A stretch of 32,000 nucleotides of DNA from Pirellula staleyi DSM 6068 (GTDB lineage: Bacteria; Planctomycetota; Planctomycetia; Pirellulales; Pirellulaceae), in the NCBI GenBank assembly GCA_000025185.1, contig CP001848.1:4620001-4652000 (forward strand). The letters run 5' to 3'. Numbering within the stretch: position 1 is the first letter of the stretch; every line of letters starts with the position of its first letter. A program made the translations under genes and the position numbers. Positions 1 to 8,023 of the stretch are shown here, piece after piece. The notes beneath the pieces are model-generated. The model made no database searches and was not told where the DNA came from. It saw only the letters and a list, made by a program, of their open reading frames with translations.

Positions 1-631
1 CGATGAAGAAAAGCCGAAAAACGCCTCGCTTTTGAAGGGCATGACACCTCCCGATGTCACTCTCGAAGTGGCCCTCAAGCTCCTTTCGCTCCCCCGCAAT
101 CTCGGTGTGCATGCCACGCTTGGCGAACCGATTCAAGCCTTCAACGGCAAGTTCGGACCGTACATCAAATGTGGTAGCGAAACTCGCTCGCTCCCCAAAG
201 AAATTTCTCCGCTCGAAGTGACGGCAGAGCAAGCGATCGAGCTTCTGGCTCAGCCGAAAACGCGTGGTGGTGGTCGTGGTCAGGCAGCTGCTCGCGAGCC
301 ACTCCGCACGCTCGAACCCTCACCTGTGACTAACGAGCCCATCAAATTGCTCGCTGGCCGCTATGGGGCGTATGTCACTGACGGACAGACAAACGCCTCG
401 CTTCCGAAAGATATGCAGCCCGAAACTCTCACGCACGAACAAGCGGTGCAATTGCTGGCCGATCGTGCCGCGAAAGCTCCGGCAGGTGGACGCGGACGTC
501 GCAAAGCGGCTCCCAAGAAAGCTGCAGTAAAGAAGGCCGCTCCGAAAAAGGCTGCCGCCAAAAAGGGAGCTAAAAAAGCAGCCCCCGAAAAGAAGAAAGT
601 GGTCGACGTTCCGTTTGAAGTCGAAGAGTAA
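1..631 (+). CDS. topA: DNA topoisomerase I, C-terminal fragment (5' end lies left of the window)
   Basis: The reading frame is open from base 2, with no stop before the ORF-track start at 32 (a TTG), so the CDS enters from upstream. There are two copies of the zinc-free topoisomerase C-terminal repeat (GKFGPYIKCGSETRSLP; GRYGAYVTDGQTNASLP). They are followed by a Lys/Ala-rich basic tail (KKAAPKKAAVKKAAPKKAAAKKGAKKAAPEKKK). Stop at 629-631. Confidence 0.8.
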   Translation, partial: DEEKPKNASLLKGMTPPDVTLEVALKLLSLPRNLGVHATLGEPIQAFNGKFGPYIKCGSETRSLPKEISPLEVTAEQAIELLAQPKTRGGGRGQAAAREPLRTLEPSPVTNEPIKLLAGRYGAYVTDGQTNASLPKDMQPETLTHEQAVQLLADRAAKAPAGGRGRRKAAPKKAAVKKAAPKKAAAKKGAKKAAPEKKKVVDVPFEVEE

Positions 632-637
632 GACGGA

Positions 638-688
638 GCCTCCAAGGCGTCGACTGGAGGCCGGACAGATGCTCGATCAATCGTCCGG
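638..688. terminator. Two short hairpins in the convergent topA/acpS gap (weak bidirectional terminator candidate)
   Basis: GCCTCCA (638-644) pairs with TGGAGGC (655-661). CCGGAC (661-666) pairs with GTCCGG (683-688). The stems are short and there is no clear U-tract, so this is a weak call. Confidence 0.3.
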
Positions 689-694
689 CTTCGC

Positions 695-1102
695 TTAGTC
701 GAGCAAACCTTCGTCCCCATCGCGGCCCACGGCGAGTGCATACGCAGTCGCATGACTGCGGCAATGGCTGATGCTGATCATCATTTCGGTGATCCCCATT
801 TTCTCGCAGATTTCGCGAGCGCCACCCGAAAGGGCAATGCGAGGCTTGCCTCCCATTTCGTTCTGCACTTCGATATCGCGCCACTGCACGCCACGTGTCC
901 AGCCGGTGCCGAGTGCTTTGAGAACCGCTTCTTTGGCCGCAAATCGGCCGGCGTAGTGCTGTGTCGAAGCCTTGCGCGCGGTGCAGTAGTCGATCTCGTG
1001 CGGCGTGAAGACGCGCATCAAAAACACTTCGCCGTGGCGCTCGATCATCTTTGCCACACGCAAGCATTCGACAATATCGGTTCCGATTCCAAGCACCCGC
1101 AT
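695..1102 (-). CDS. acpS: Holo-[acyl-carrier-protein] synthase (4'-phosphopantetheinyl transferase)
   Basis: The sequence from the internal ATG at 1102 (MRVLGIGTDIVECLRVAKMIERHG...FTPHEIDYC...AGRFAAKEAVLKALGTG...ISISHCRSHATA) matches the AcpS pattern (GxDxxE, FT..E, K-EA..KA, S.SH) and size (135 aa). The tool's longer ORF to 1276 adds an Arg-rich N-terminus with no homology signal. Confidence 0.85.
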   Translation of the reverse strand: MRVLGIGTDIVECLRVAKMIERHGEVFLMRVFTPHEIDYCTARKASTQHYAGRFAAKEAVLKALGTGWTRGVQWRDIEVQNEMGGKPRIALSGGAREICEKMGITEMMISISHCRSHATAYALAVGRDGDEGLLD

Positions 1103-1333
1103 CGACTCACTCCATGTACGAATTTGCGCCGCTGATGCACTAAGCTTAGCAGCCCACCACCCCACTTCACGAGTGCCCCTTCCTTGCACGACAGCATCTC
1201 GCCCGAACTTCGACTTGCGAGAGTTCGCTCGGGCAGAAACAATAAACATCTGGACATTACTGCGCCGCAGTAGCATGCTGAGACTCGGCTTCCCCGACCA
1301 GTCCCGCCTTGCCTGCGAAAAGGAATTGATTTC

Positions 1334-2329
1334 ATGTTCGAACGACGCTCATTACGCTGGCCGATCACGCTCGGCGTGGTGATGATCGTGCTGGTCGTGC
1401 TGCTGATTGTCGGCTGGGTGCTGATCACCGCGTTTGGCGCGACCACAGCAGGCTCGCGCGCAGGAATTTACTGGGCCCTGTTATCGATCGGGGCCACGCT
1501 GCTGGCCTTTGTGCTGGTCGGAGTGGTGATGTACCTAACGCTCACCATCAAAGCAATCAACCTCAGCCGTCGACAATCGAATTTCATCGACAGTGTGACC
1601 CACGAACTCAAAAGCCCGATCGCCTCGCTCAAACTCTACTTGCAAACGCTCAATCGCCGCCAGGTGAGCCCCGCCGAACAAGAGAACTTCTATCGCTACA
1701 TGCTCGAGGATGTCGAGCGTCTCGACACGCTGATCAACCATCTACTCGATGCCGCGCGGCTCGAAAAACCAACACTGCAAACCGAGGTCGAAGATATTGA
1801 ACTCACTTCGACAATTCGTAGTATCTCGGAACAGGTGGCGTTAAAACATCGCGCGCCGCTCGACGTGATTCAGCTGCAAATGACACCGGTTTTAGTCACC
1901 GCGACACGCGTCGATCTCGACCTGATCTTGCGCAACTTAATCGATAACGCGGTGAAGTATGCATCGGATAGCGATCCGCAAGTGCTGGTGAGTACTGCCA
2001 TGGAAGGTGACTCGCGCGTACTGATTCGTGTGAGCGACAATGGCCGAGGCATCCCTCAGCCTCTGCGACGCAAAATCTTCGCACGTTTTGTCCGTGTGGG
2101 ATCGGAACTCGAGCGCGACAAGCCGGGAACTGGTTTGGGGCTCTACATCGTCCGCACGCTCGTTGTCCGATGTGGCGGCAGGATTCGTATTCGCGACGGG
2201 TTGATGGGTAGCGGAACCACGTTTGAAGTGGTTTTGCCTGGGCAGTTGCTTCCCGATCCTCCGAAGGATGCCTCGGTCAAAGAGGGAGCCATCACAGCAG
2301 CGACTCCTGAAATCGGCGTTAAGTCGTAG
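1334..2329 (+). CDS. Membrane-bound sensor histidine kinase (HisKA + HATPase_c), no adjacent response regulator
   Basis: Two N-terminal hydrophobic segments. H-box FIDSVTHELKSPIASL, N-box RNLIDNAVKY, G1 SDNGRGI, G2 GTGLGLYIV. AAGGA lies about 10 nt upstream of the ATG. Confidence 0.85.
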   Translation: MFERRSLRWPITLGVVMIVLVVLLIVGWVLITAFGATTAGSRAGIYWALLSIGATLLAFVLVGVVMYLTLTIKAINLSRRQSNFIDSVTHELKSPIASLKLYLQTLNRRQVSPAEQENFYRYMLEDVERLDTLINHLLDAARLEKPTLQTEVEDIELTSTIRSISEQVALKHRAPLDVIQLQMTPVLVTATRVDLDLILRNLIDNAVKYASDSDPQVLVSTAMEGDSRVLIRVSDNGRGIPQPLRRKIFARFVRVGSELERDKPGTGLGLYIVRTLVVRCGGRIRIRDGLMGSGTTFEVVLPGQLLPDPPKDASVKEGAITAATPEIGVKS

Positions 2330-2368
2330 AGCGCCGCGTGGCGTGTTCATCGCGCGTGCTAAGCTGCG

Positions 2369-4957
2369 TTATTCCCCTTTGTTTTCAGGGTTGCTCCCTA
2401 TTTTTTCCAACTTACGCTGCAGATCGGCGGTCTCTTTTTGGAGTCGCTCGACTTGCTTGACGAGTTCGCTATTCTGGTTCTGAGCCGACCGAATCTTCCC
2501 GATCGCTTCATCGATGCTCTCGATGGTGGCGCGACGCTCTTCGCGACTGCGTAGTTCTTCAAGAGGCTTAATCGATCGGAGTTGACCGAGTTCGGCCACC
2601 GCATCGATCGACGCGCGACGCACCTCACTCCGGCGACTGGCGAGTCCCTTTTCGAGCTTCGTCATCACATCGTCGCTCGTCGGGTCGAGCTTGGCTAGCG
2701 CAATGATAATGGCTGTGCGTCTGGGCGATGCAAGAGGCTTATCGAGCATTGCCGCCAGAGGTGTAATGGCCGACTGATCCTTGAGTTCGACAAGCCCATC
2801 GACAGCAGCCTTCAAGATCACGTCGCGATGACTTTCACGCTCGCACGAAGCAAGTAATAGTTCGCGACACTGCTTGGCATCGATTTTTACAAGCGAACGA
2901 ATCGACGTGGCAGCCACTTCGTAGGAAGGATCTTTTTCGATGGCGCTACGAAGGGCTGCGCGAGCTTCGTCGTGCGCATACTTGGCTAGTGAACTGGCCG
3001 ACATACGACGAACACTCGATTTGGGATCGCTCGCGACAAGATCGACCAGCACTTTCCGCGCTTCTTCGGACGATGTCTTGGCAAGTGCTTCGGCGGCTCG
3101 CATACGCACGGCCCAAAACGGGTCGGACTTCGCAGCCTTCACGAGGGCCGCGAGCACATCTTGATCATCGATTTGCTGCTCGAGAGAGGCAACCGCTTCG
3201 TGACGGGGAATGATGTGCTGCGAATGGGCCAGGACATCGAGAAGCTCATCGTTGCTGCGCTCGTGCGTCACTACTTTCAGCAGCACATCGCGCGGGTCAA
3301 ACACCACACGTGTAGGCCGACTGGCGACATCGAAATGGAAGGTTTGTTCGGCCTTATCGATCGTGATTTTTCGAATGCTCGACTCGCTTCCGGTGCCAAT
3401 TTCAATTTCAGCCGACAGCTTAAAGAGGGGGGTGAGTTCGTCGACTTTTTGCGTCTGCTTGATCGTTATTTCGAGGGATTTAGCAGTGGAATCGTAGTCC
3501 GACGTGATCGTGAGTTCGGGATGACCACCATGCATGGCCCATTGGTCAAAGAACCACGTGAGGCCGCGCCCGGTCGCTTCTTCCATGGCGATGCGCAGGT
3601 CGGCTGTTTCCACCGCTCGATGCTGATTCAGTTCGCAGTAGCGTTTGATGCCGCGCCAGAAATTTTCTTCCCCAAGTTCTTCGCGTAGCATATGCAGCAC
3701 GCGTCCCCCCTTGGGATAGCTGTGACGATCGAACATCGCCCCGGGATCGCGATAACGATAGGTCACGATGGGACGACGATAGCGGCGATCTTCCTGCAAG
3801 TAGCTCTGGCCATCGCCATAACGTTCCCATGTCGCTTCGACCGGACCCAGATCATGCTCGGTCCACAGGTTGGCAAAGTACGTTGCAAAACTCTCGTTGA
3901 GCCACAGCTCGGCCCAATCTTTACACGTCACCAGGTCACCCCACCACTGATGCGCGAGTTCGTGCGCCACGAGTCCATCGCTGCTGACATCCAAATGGGC
4001 GCGCTCATCGTGGAGTGTGCCAAGATTCAGCGTCGTAGCCGAGGTATGTTCCATGCCACCCCAGTTGTATTCGTCGACGCAGATTTGGGTGTATTTAGGC
4101 CAGGGATATCCGACGCCAATCTTTTTCGAGAAGAAGTCGACCATCGCAGGGGTTTTCTCGAAGCTGCGAGGAGCGTCGGCGAGACGTCCGCGCGGAACGT
4201 ACGATTGCACCGGCAGGTCGCCATACTTCTGCTCGAAGATTTCGAAATCGCCAGCGACAATGCTCAGCAAATAGGCGACGTGCGATTGCTGCTGCGACCA
4301 GTGCCACATGGTTCGTCCTTCGCCGATCTCCTTCTTTTCAACCAAGATTCCATTACTGAGAGTGACGAACTTTGTGGGAACCGTGGCGATGATCTCGCTT
4401 GTGAGTCGATCGCTGGGATGATCGAAGCAGGGGAACCAGTAGCGGGCATACTCCGGCTCGCTTTGAGTCCAAAGCATTTCGAGGCTCGTCGGTTCTTCCT
4501 CATCGGGGCGAACAAAGTGGATGCCATGTTTGGGCTTCGTGATTTCGTAAACCACCTGAATTTCAAGTTCCGTATCTTTCGCTACTTCGTTTGGTAGTTC
4601 GACACGTAGCGCTGCGGCACGATGTTCGAACTTGCACTGGCCCGTCGTCTCGGTGGATTTCAGTTCGACCCGCTTAATCTTCATTTCAGCGGCATCGAAG
4701 GAAATTTCCTGCAGGCTCTCGAAGAGTTTGATGCGGTGAGTCGCCTTCGCGGAGACGCTTTGCGTTTGGAAATCAAAATCGAGTTCGAGTTTCAGATGCA
4801 GCTGATCGAACTGCCGGCTCCGCAGCGATCGAGGCGCTTCGGCAAAAGGTCCCGAACGGCTGGCAGGTTGAGCCAGCAGCGGTGTCGCGATGAGAAGCAG
4901 GGCGAGGGTGCCCAATAGCGAGCCAAAACGGGGAGCCAACTTACAGAGATGCAACAT
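2369..4957 (-). CDS. Secreted M1-family (aminopeptidase N-like) zinc metallopeptidase with C-terminal HEAT-like repeats and coiled-coil tail
   Basis: Gluzincin signature HELAHQWWGD...WLNESFATY (HEXXH encoded at 3950-3964) and exopeptidase-motif position GGMEH. The ATG at 4957 gives a signal-peptide-like N-terminus (MLHLCKLAPRFGSLLGTLALLLIATPLLAQP). The C-terminal third has HEAT/PBS-lyase-like units (DPFWAVRMRAAEALAK, DPKSSVRRMSASSLAK, SEVRRASIDAVAELG) and a heptad-like tail (ELVKQVERLQKETADLQRKLEKI). Confidence 0.85.
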   Translation of the reverse strand: MLHLCKLAPRFGSLLGTLALLLIATPLLAQPASRSGPFAEAPRSLRSRQFDQLHLKLELDFDFQTQSVSAKATHRIKLFESLQEISFDAAEMKIKRVELKSTETTGQCKFEHRAAALRVELPNEVAKDTELEIQVVYEITKPKHGIHFVRPDEEEPTSLEMLWTQSEPEYARYWFPCFDHPSDRLTSEIIATVPTKFVTLSNGILVEKKEIGEGRTMWHWSQQQSHVAYLLSIVAGDFEIFEQKYGDLPVQSYVPRGRLADAPRSFEKTPAMVDFFSKKIGVGYPWPKYTQICVDEYNWGGMEHTSATTLNLGTLHDERAHLDVSSDGLVAHELAHQWWGDLVTCKDWAELWLNESFATYFANLWTEHDLGPVEATWERYGDGQSYLQEDRRYRRPIVTYRYRDPGAMFDRHSYPKGGRVLHMLREELGEENFWRGIKRYCELNQHRAVETADLRIAMEEATGRGLTWFFDQWAMHGGHPELTITSDYDSTAKSLEITIKQTQKVDELTPLFKLSAEIEIGTGSESSIRKITIDKAEQTFHFDVASRPTRVVFDPRDVLLKVVTHERSNDELLDVLAHSQHIIPRHEAVASLEQQIDDQDVLAALVKAAKSDPFWAVRMRAAEALAKTSSEEARKVLVDLVASDPKSSVRRMSASSLAKYAHDEARAALRSAIEKDPSYEVAATSIRSLVKIDAKQCRELLLASCERESHRDVILKAAVDGLVELKDQSAITPLAAMLDKPLASPRRTAIIIALAKLDPTSDDVMTKLEKGLASRRSEVRRASIDAVAELGQLRSIKPLEELRSREERRATIESIDEAIGKIRSAQNQNSELVKQVERLQKETADLQRKLEKIGSNPENKGE

Positions 4958-5367
4958 CGCGAGGAATCTTTCGCGGCAAGCGGATCGTCGATCAAAACGA
5001 AGATAGGTGGGTAACCGGGGCGAGCGTTGGGAGAGAAACTGGCCCCGGGAAGTTCGCACGCGAACTCCATGCAGGTAGTGTAGTCGAACCAACGGGTGAA
5101 AGGTGCGTAAAACAGGCAGATTGAAGCGTTTTTTGAGTCACGATGGGGGCACTTTGGCCAGCTTGATGCAGAATCGCAACGCAGGTGGGTGGTCTATTTG
5201 AAACGTGCATTCAACGCTTGTTTTTAGCCGAATCGGGCATAGACTTGAGGTGCGACAAAGGGCCTCATAAGTGGCCATGTCGAAGGTTGCGATGGATCGC
5301 ACCAAGCAGTTCCCTGCGAGAGTCGCGGGAGCGCTCGCCAGAAAATTAACGACGGACAGGGGAATTT

Positions 5368-5913
5368 TTGATGCGATCCAACGGCTGGAAGATGTGGCTG
5401 AAACGTTTGGCACCGAAGAGCTTGCTGCTGAGCGGTTTGGTGGCGGCGGCTGTTCTGGCAGCATCCCCCGATGCGCAAGCAGGTTGGGGACGCGCTCGCG
5501 TGGTGACCAGTTTCAGCAACCCGAGCGTCCCTGTGGCGACGGTTCCAGCGACCGGCGTAGTGACGCAGCGAACCGTTGTTCGCGGCGCTTATCGTCCAGT
5601 GGTTGTAGCGCCCGGCTATGTCGCCCCTGTGGTTCCGTACGTGGCTCCCACAACGACGTACTACGCTCCTGCCTACGCAGCACCAACCTACACGCCACCC
5701 GTTTACGCAGCTCCGGCCACAACGGCCTATTATCCACCTGCGTATGCCGCGCCGACCTATGTGGCTCCTGCCGGTGGTGCCACCACGACGTACTACCGAG
5801 GCCGCGCGACCACCACTTACTACGCTCCTGGCTACGTGGCTCCGGCGTACGTCGCTCCCGCAGCCGTGCCGGTCTATCCCGCACCAACTGTGGTGTTTCC
5901 TGCTTATCCTTAA
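5368..5913 (+). CDS. Small secreted low-complexity Tyr/Pro/Ala/Val/Thr-rich protein (hypothetical)
   Basis: Signal peptide with an AQA|GW cleavage-like site (residues 1-38). GGGGA lies 8 nt upstream of the ATG. The rest is built from YxAP/TTTYYAP/YAAPTY-like units. A strong terminator follows at 5996-6038. Coding status is supported by the signal peptide, the RBS-like element and the terminator, not by homology. Confidence 0.55.
   Translation: MMRSNGWKMWLKRLAPKSLLLSGLVAAAVLAASPDAQAGWGRARVVTSFSNPSVPVATVPATGVVTQRTVVRGAYRPVVVAPGYVAPVVPYVAPTTTYYAPAYAAPTYTPPVYAAPATTAYYPPAYAAPTYVAPAGGATTTYYRGRATTTYYAPGYVAPAYVAPAAVPVYPAPTVVFPAYP
5608..5910 (+). repeat. Imperfect coding repeat region (Y-x-A-P / TTTYYAP units)
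   Basis: The translation of residues 81-181 reads APGYVAPVVPYVAPTTTYYAPAYAAPTYTPPVYAAPATTAYYPPAYAAPTYVAPAGGATTTYYRGRATTTYYAPGYVAPAYVAPAAVPVYPAPTVVFPAYP. The degenerate repeat also keeps the antisense frame open (ORF 5224-6024). Confidence 0.7.
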
Positions 5914-5995
5914 ACGCTTGGTAGGAACTGTTAGAACCTCGACCACTGAGGGGCGGCTGTTAGCGTACAAACGTCGAGCTTTACTCAAGAAAACG

Positions 5996-6038
5996 AAATG
6001 GGCCTTGCGAGAGTGATCTCCCAAGGCCCATTTTTATT
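5996..6038. terminator. Rho-independent terminator, probably bidirectional
   Basis: A perfect 12-bp stem, AAATGGGCCTTG (5996-6007) with CAAGGCCCATTT (6022-6033), has a 14-nt loop and is followed by TTTTTATT on the + strand. On the - strand the stem is followed by TTTCGTTTTC. It sits between the convergent stops at 5913 and 6067. Confidence 0.75.
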
Positions 6039-6066
6039 GGCATTTCAAGCGAAACGAGCGTGAGCC

Positions 6067-6765
6067 CTATTCGGCTGGCTTCTCTTCAGCGGGCTTGTCC
6101 TCGGCTGGTTTTTCCTCCGACGGTTGCTCTTCAGCTGGCTTCTCTTCGGTTGCTGGGCCAGGAGCTGCTGGGCCCGGGGCCTCAACACCTTTGCTCCCCT
6201 TTTCCGCGTTTGCTTTGTCTTCTTCCGATTCCATCACGCCAGGCTGGGGCAGGCTTTGGGGAACTTCGTCGGTTCCGGGCTTGATGTCGATCAGCGTTTC
6301 GGAGCTGGGGAGAAACTCTTCCGGTGGCATCGTGTTCTTGTGGTGAGTGCTGTAGCGGCGAGGTGACTTCTCGTCGCCACCAACGTAGAGCACCGTGATG
6401 TAGTGCCGCTTCCAAACGGGCCACAATCCACCGAATGCGTAAGCTTCGATGGTGTAGTCGTCGAATTCCTGAACGCTCGAAGGTGCACGACCGATGGCCT
6501 GCTGAATGTCGGAAGCTCGGACCAGATCGGCCCCAGCCTCGGCGTTGTTCTTGCTTTGCACCGCTTGCTTATTGCGTTCTTCCACCAGCTTTTCGATCTT
6601 GGCGTTGGCATCTTCAAGGGCTGGGGCAGCGACTTTGTAGTCGAAAATCAACAGACCGATCGCCACAACAAGCAAACCAAGAAGGATGAACAGTCGCAAA
6701 TTGCTCGACTTGGGTGGGGCCGTCGCAGGGGCAGCGGAATCAGCAGGAGCAGCGGGATTGGCCAT
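6067..6765 (-). CDS. Hypothetical single-pass membrane protein with acidic C-terminal pentapeptide repeats
   Basis: The first ATG is at 6765 (MANPAAPADSAAP...). The tool's start at 6912 is a TTG with no RBS. One hydrophobic segment (LRLFILLGLLVVAIGLLIF) is followed by a roughly 110-aa non-repetitive region (…YTIEAYAFGGLWPVWKRHYITVLYVGG…) and then a Pro/Glu-rich tail. I recognise no family. Confidence 0.5.
   Translation of the reverse strand: MANPAAPADSAAPATAPPKSSNLRLFILLGLLVVAIGLLIFDYKVAAPALEDANAKIEKLVEERNKQAVQSKNNAEAGADLVRASDIQQAIGRAPSSVQEFDDYTIEAYAFGGLWPVWKRHYITVLYVGGDEKSPRRYSTHHKNTMPPEEFLPSSETLIDIKPGTDEVPQSLPQPGVMESEEDKANAEKGSKGVEAPGPAAPGPATEEKPAEEQPSEEKPAEDKPAEEKPAE
6070..6144 (-). repeat. 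Five tandem 15-nt coding repeats encoding [E/D][K/Q]P[A/S]E
   Basis: Codon-by-codon reading of 6070-6144 gives EKPAE-EQPSE-EKPAE-DKPAE-EKPAE immediately before the TAG stop (6067-6069). Confidence 0.85.
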
Positions 6766-7297
6766 CGAACGGACTTTCGTGGGAGGAGTAAAGGAGATTT
6801 TCGATTCGCTTTTGCCGTAGTTCCAGGTGCCTGGCGAGTCAGAACGATCGCTGGGTGTGTGGAAGAGAATCGTACGTACCAGCGATGGAGCGCTAAATAG
6901 CTTGGTGGACAAGCGAGCTTAGCTTCGCTGGGAAAAGCGTTATCGCCAGAAGCATAAACAACGTGGCGGCTGTTTTCCACCACGTGCGGTGCGATTTGAG
7001 TCTCCGCACGAATCTTGGCAGTAGGAGCGAGTGTGCCGATCGTCAAAGCTTGTGCCAAGGTCGATCAGTGCCAAGCGATCTCCCGAGTCACGCTACTCAA
7101 TACCGCACGAGCTGATCTCGGATAAGTAGCCGCCAATGCGTGTGCTCTCCGTATTGATTTATGTAAGAATTTTTTGATGAAAAGCAGCTGACAGGGACCA
7201 TCAACCCCACTAAATTAGTGGCTCAAGAACCCCTCTATAAGCGGATCGCTGGCGAGCGTCGCCAGGCGCTAGAGCAACGAGCTTTCGGTGACCTCCC

Positions 7298-7732
7298 ATG
7301 CCCACCGCTTTGTGTGTGCCTCTGACGAGCATTCTCGAAACGGCCCTCTACGTCGACGACCTGGAGGCTGCCCAGCGGTTTTACGGCGATCTCCTGGGGC
7401 TCACCCTGTTTGCCTTCACTCCCGGGCACAATTTGTACTTTCAAGTCGGCCACCAAATGCTGCTGATCTTCGACGCGCGCGATACCACGGCCGAGAGCCC
7501 TGCGTATCCCCATCATGGAAGTCTCGGGCCGGGGCACGTTTGCTTTCGTGTATCCATTGCGGATCAGCACGCCTGGGAAGGGCGAATTCGCGACTCTTCG
7601 GTCGCAATCGAAAAAATCATCGATTGGCCTCATGGCGGACGGTCGATTTATTTTCGTGATCCCAGCGGCAATCTGATCGAACTGGCGAACGCCGAGATGT
7701 GGGGCTTTCGGAGCCCCCCGGCCCATCCTTAA
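7298..7732 (+). CDS. VOC (glyoxalase/bleomycin-resistance/dioxygenase) family protein
   Basis: 144 aa, with a typical VOC N-terminus (ILETALYVDDLEAAQRFYGDLLGL) and C-terminal beta-alpha-beta-beta-beta unit (HVCFRV...SIYFRDPSGNLIEL). Confidence 0.8.
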   Translation: MPTALCVPLTSILETALYVDDLEAAQRFYGDLLGLTLFAFTPGHNLYFQVGHQMLLIFDARDTTAESPAYPHHGSLGPGHVCFRVSIADQHAWEGRIRDSSVAIEKIIDWPHGGRSIYFRDPSGNLIELANAEMWGFRSPPAHP

Positions 7733-8023
7733 GCCACCGCTTGTTTGTCCGAAATACCGCCGGGCAGTATTTTTTGCGAAACACTTCGAGCACGCTGGGC
7801 CACTACATTTGCAGGTGGCCCCACCGGCGAGGCAAAAGTGTCGACCATAAAAGCGTCTGTAGCAAGAAAGAACAGGTCCGCCGGAAGAACTCGCGTGTCG
7901 AATCCCGCTCTGGCTGAGCCGATTCGATTGCGCGGCGTTGCCCGAGCGGTGGAAGTTGCGTACGATGCCGCCGACCTTGGTGTAGTTGCGACCACAACGC
8001 GCCAGTCTCCTGAAACGGCCACG

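Noticed and set aside
695-1276. Tool-reported longer N-termini for acpS (to 1276), the M1 peptidase (to 5092), the DAC protein (from 7745), ppx (to 16613), the FAD oxidoreductase (to 22098) and fliA (to 23677).
   Set aside because: The extensions are Arg-rich and non-homologous, and several run into the neighbouring gene. Internal starts restore the canonical N-termini (MRVLGIGTD, a signal peptide, GxGxxG) and give ATGA junctions or good RBS elements.
3692-4597. A 301-aa ORF on the + strand inside the M1 peptidase gene. Similar long antisense ORFs occur at 3161-3688, 7235-8035 (-), 12551-13324 (+), 13394-13951 (+), 14486-15070 (+), 15078-15629 (+), 16587-17063 (+), 18004-18675 (+), 18407-19039 (+), 18573-19247 (-), 22844-23518 (+), 27665-28264 (+), 28764-29225 (-) and 30899-31477 (+).
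   Set aside because: Each lies antisense to, or out of frame with, a gene carrying unambiguous family motifs. Their translations are Arg/Ser/Gly/His-rich with no recognisable motifs. This is the usual shadow-ORF behaviour of GC-rich DNA.
5224-6024. A 266-aa minus-strand ORF and a 217-aa + strand ORF (5271-5924) overlapping the Tyr-rich protein gene.
   Set aside because: They are kept open by the degenerate repeat. The products are extremely Arg/Gly/Cys-rich with no signal peptide or RBS. The 5368-5913 frame has a signal peptide, an RBS-like element and a terminator. The choice is not proven without expression data.
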